Part shown: positions 60,168 to 64,000 of the stretch, in pieces
Position numbering within the stretch: the first letter of the stretch is position 1
How the letters are laid out: each line of letters opens with the position of its first letter
Assembly: GCA_964057225.1 (NCBI GenBank)
Contig: OZ059897.1
Location: 15,934,001 to 15,998,000, forward strand
Direction: 5' to 3'
DNA: 64,000 bases
DNA from: Auanema rhodensis
Lineage: Eukaryota > Animalia > Nematoda
Position numbers and translations under genes: made by a program
Notes under the pieces: generated by a model
Seen by the model: the letters and a program-made list of their open reading frames with translations, nothing else
What the model was told of the DNA's origin: nothing
Database searches by the model: none

Positions 60168-63100
60168 CTTGCTACCATTAACGGTAGATGACGTCGTGAT
60201 GTCGGTGCTCGTGACCGATTTGGAACAGTTGAAAGAAGTAATGGTGATAGGAGTAGCTGTAGAAGTAAAAGAATCCTTGTCGAGAAACAGTTAGTTATGA
60301 AGATCTCCTTAGAAACAAGATATATGAGAAAATTGAGCAATGAATTGCTTTTCGATATATGAAAACATGGAATTGAAATAGAAAATTTGTGAGACAGAGA
60401 AGCAGGGGAAACAAAATAATGATTCAAGATTTCAATAGGAATCCTAGGAAGACTAGACAGCAGACAAATACTTTAGTCTAATATGTTCGAGACGTGAATT
60501 AAGAAAGAATTCATTGAATTTGAACAATAATCCAACATTTTGATTTGAAGACCCAGAGAGTTGCTTCAATTCAGTTTAGTTATATAAATTGGTCATTTAA
60601 ACACTTTTAATTGCTGTTTATATCACGATAGGGAGACATCGATAGAATAGCAAGCAGGATAAAAATGAAAATGACACATTCAGAAGAGCCAGCGGTTAGC
60701 AGAAGCCCATAATGACAACCAAAAACAGCAACCATCAACATCGGAAGCTGACATCAGTCAGCATGGTCATAGAACTAGGATGAGAAAGTGGCAAGAAGGG
60801 TCGACAAAGAATGAGAAAAAGAAGAAAACGAAAAAGATGCGAAAGACGTTAACGTATAAGTAAGCTATAGATGGCCGGCTTCGATGTTGGAATGGAAGAG
60901 AGCACATGGAGGGCTTCTTCCTTCTTTTCCACCCATAAGCGAGAAGCGAATAGTGTGGTCAATAGGCTCCGCCTATTTTTATCAGGATAGGAGGAAATTG
61001 AAGGATCAGAGTAAGACAAAAGAAGCACAGTTGGTAATAAGAAATTGAAGAGCGGAGGAGTAAAAAGAGGACATAAAGAGGAGAGTGGAATCAAAGAGAG
61101 AATAAAAGAAATAAGATAGATAGATAGATAAAGGAAGAGAGAGAGAGAAAAAAAGAAGGAGAAAGAGAGAGAGAGGGAGGAGGGGTAGGGGAGTTTAGCA
61201 GATTGCTAAGAAAAGAAGGTGGGTTAGTGAAATGGATAATGTCATTGATGTCAATAGACTAGCTTTAAATAAGAGAGGGAGTAAAGAGTATGAAAGAGAG
61301 TGCAAGAAAGAAAGAAGTAATTGCGGTTTAACCTTGCTTAGTGAAAATCTCATCGGTTAAAATGTTTGACAGACATGGAAATGATTGTATCCATTTCAGA
61401 TTTTAAAATGAGACATTTACATATGCCTCAATCAATCACAATTATTGAGATAAAAAAGAATTTTTTTGATGAAAAATAGAAAATAAATCATGGGAAAACA
61501 ATATAATTTAAGCATTCAAATAAAATAATAACAAATTGATTTACCAACTATAATGAAAAAATCTGAAAAAATTCGTGAAAAGAAAATGAATCGAAATCAA
61601 TACTAAAAAATTAAAGCTATTTGAAAGTGTCATTTCGATAGTTTATATGGACTTACTCTAATCAAAATAAAATAGCTAAAATTCTATGTCAAGAGTAGAA
61701 GATAGAAGAACGAATTGAGAAGTTCAATTAAGCCGAAAACGAGAGAAAAAAGTGAGAAAGAAAGAAAGAGAGACGGTGAATAGGGTCCGTGAAATATGAA
61801 GGAAGTGAAGAAGGAATGGAAAAAGGGTGGAGCAGGAGGATAAAGATGCTAAAAAAAACGATGAAATTTGAAATTTCACAAATAAAATTGCTAACAAACT
61901 GAGAAAAGCAAAAGCTAAAAGGCGAAGATGATTGTTTGAAAATTTGAATAGATGAGAGAAGCATCTAGATGGACATGAGCTTTATCATAGTCAAAGTATC
62001 AAATAATTGAATGAAAAAGAAAAAAAAAGAAGAAGAAAGTATATGAATTTGATGTTAACATGTCATAGAATCTGCTCAAATGATGTTTTACTCGTTTACT
62101 TTATTTCTTTCTTTTTCAAATATTCCTACAATCTTTTAAATACAACTCCCAGTGGCGCAATTTTAGGAAAAGCTATAACGTGTTGTCTCTTGACGATTGT
62201 ATTGTCCCCCTCAAAACGAAAAACGACCAGACAAAAAATGGTTCAGATTCATAGCATTGGTTTACAAGGAACTATTAGATTTTTTTTTTGTTTGATAATC
62301 AAAATATGGATAAATTCAACTTCAAATTATAGCTGAAACGTGGCATAATCTCTTGAAATAAGCTTCATATTCATGTTTCTAGATATTTTTCGTTCTTTGA
62401 ATGCAATAAATCATTTTTTTCTTATCATAAGCAAAATCTTTCAGTCTTATAAGCAGGAATCAACTGAGTGCCAGACCGATCATTGGCTTGTCAGTATTCT
62501 GAAATCTGAAGCCTTTAATCACATACATACGCATATAGAAATGGACTTTTCCCATGCTTTCTCAAACTCTTTCACGAATTTCAAGTATTATCTATCATAT
62601 GTTTATGACGATAAATAGCATCTGATAATAATCATTGATAATATATACGAAGAGAAATAGCTTGATTGTTGTCCTACACTAGATGGATGCTGTCAAAAAG
62701 AGGAGGCGGAGTAATGTATAGGAATTTAGAATATTCTCATAAAATCCTAGAGATCTACAGCAGTAATAGTTCCATAATTCTGACGATACATGAGAAATAA
62801 AGATCTTCATCAACACATGCTTAAAATGATTACATGCATATGATGATGTTGATTGACTAAAAACAGGGATAACTCGCTCAAGCTTATAAACATTATTGAA
62901 AACAACAAGTTGCTGACAATGCTCTCTAGATTGTAAAATTAGATATATGTTTTTTTGAATTTAGTAGTGTTATAGTATTCACATAGTTTTGATGATGAAG
63001 ACGAGAAAAAGAGAGAGAGAGAGAGAACTATAAGATATACGACTTGCATGTTGATAGTTATGATGAAACTGCTTTTCTTCACCTATTGCATTATTTCTCG

Positions 63101-64000
63101 TCATATGTCAATTCTTCAGATCTTCTGTGCCAGGAAAAGTTTTATAATCTGCTTTTCGGGATTTTTTATACGAAAGCGGAACCATAGTAAAAAACAGATT
63201 TTTACGTGTTCGTAAATTATTCGAAATAATGTTTCACATAAATTAATCTGATATCATAAAATTTCAAAAAACAATAATTAATTAAATTGTAATTAGTAAA
63301 TTAATTGATTTTAATTATATTTTTATTGGAAATATTTATAGGAATAAATACAAATTCAACTTTTATTTGTTATATATACTATATATATTATGCTTACTAT
63401 ATACATATCGTATATGTAGATACAGTCTTGTGCGATAAACCTCGGACTCTCACTAGAATCCCTTATATCTTTTCAGACAAACTAGAAAAATTCCGAAAAA
63501 AATATATTTTAAGTGTTAAGAAACGATAATGAATTTAGAATAAAATTGAAAAAATCAATTAATCATGTTTAAAGTATGTTCTGAAGTTTCCAAAATTTTC
63601 ATAAAGTGCTTGAAGTCTTCTTTCTTGAATTTCACAAGTTTCAAGTATATGTATTTACAATGTATACATACTACAGGTATATAATATAATAATATCTTTA
63701 CTCTACAAATCTCTTTAACAAAATAAAAATTATTTTCAATTTTTCTTTATTTGATCAAAATAAACTTTTAAAATTGATTTTCGGAATATTTAATATTTTC
63801 TAATTATTTACATATATCTATATAGTATTTTAACTGTACAGGTTTTAAATATATGAATATAGTATATATTAATATAAATATCTTATAATATAGATTTAGA
63901 TATATATAAATTAATATTTCTAATCTTTTTTTTTAAATAAATAAACTAACCCGGTGAAAAGAGTTTTGACTCTGTGACTGCAACTTTGATTCTGTTTAGT

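Overview
AT-rich eukaryotic DNA, almost certainly from a rhabditid-type nematode: many 41-60 nt GT-AG introns, TTTCAG-type acceptors (some just upstream of an ATG, as for trans-splicing) and nematode-type gene families. The ORF track is mostly spurious, so I spliced the genes by hand. Five multi-exon genes are supported. (1) The 5' part of a Patched gene (ptc-3-like, minus strand, ATG 3079, runs off the left edge), with a candidate upstream exon at 11047-11151. (2) A complete patched-related (ptr) gene, minus strand, 18976-22609. (3) A complete 15-exon SAMHD1-like HD-domain dNTPase without a SAM domain, plus strand, 33781-36209. (4) A ~23-exon, ~870 aa secreted protein of unrecognised family, plus strand, 38503-43900, with two copies of a 12-Cys domain that share cysteine spacing and intron positions. 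(5) A single-domain RGS gene, minus strand, 45702-60167, with two mutually exclusive first exons. Long non-coding stretches carry microsatellites, strand-biased polypurine tracts and small GC/CpG-rich islands. I found no tRNA, rRNA, CRISPR array or intact transposon. The best novelty candidates are the duplicated 12-Cys domain, two furin-type sites in the Patched ectodomain, and the isoform-specific 14-3-3-type motif in the RGS protein.
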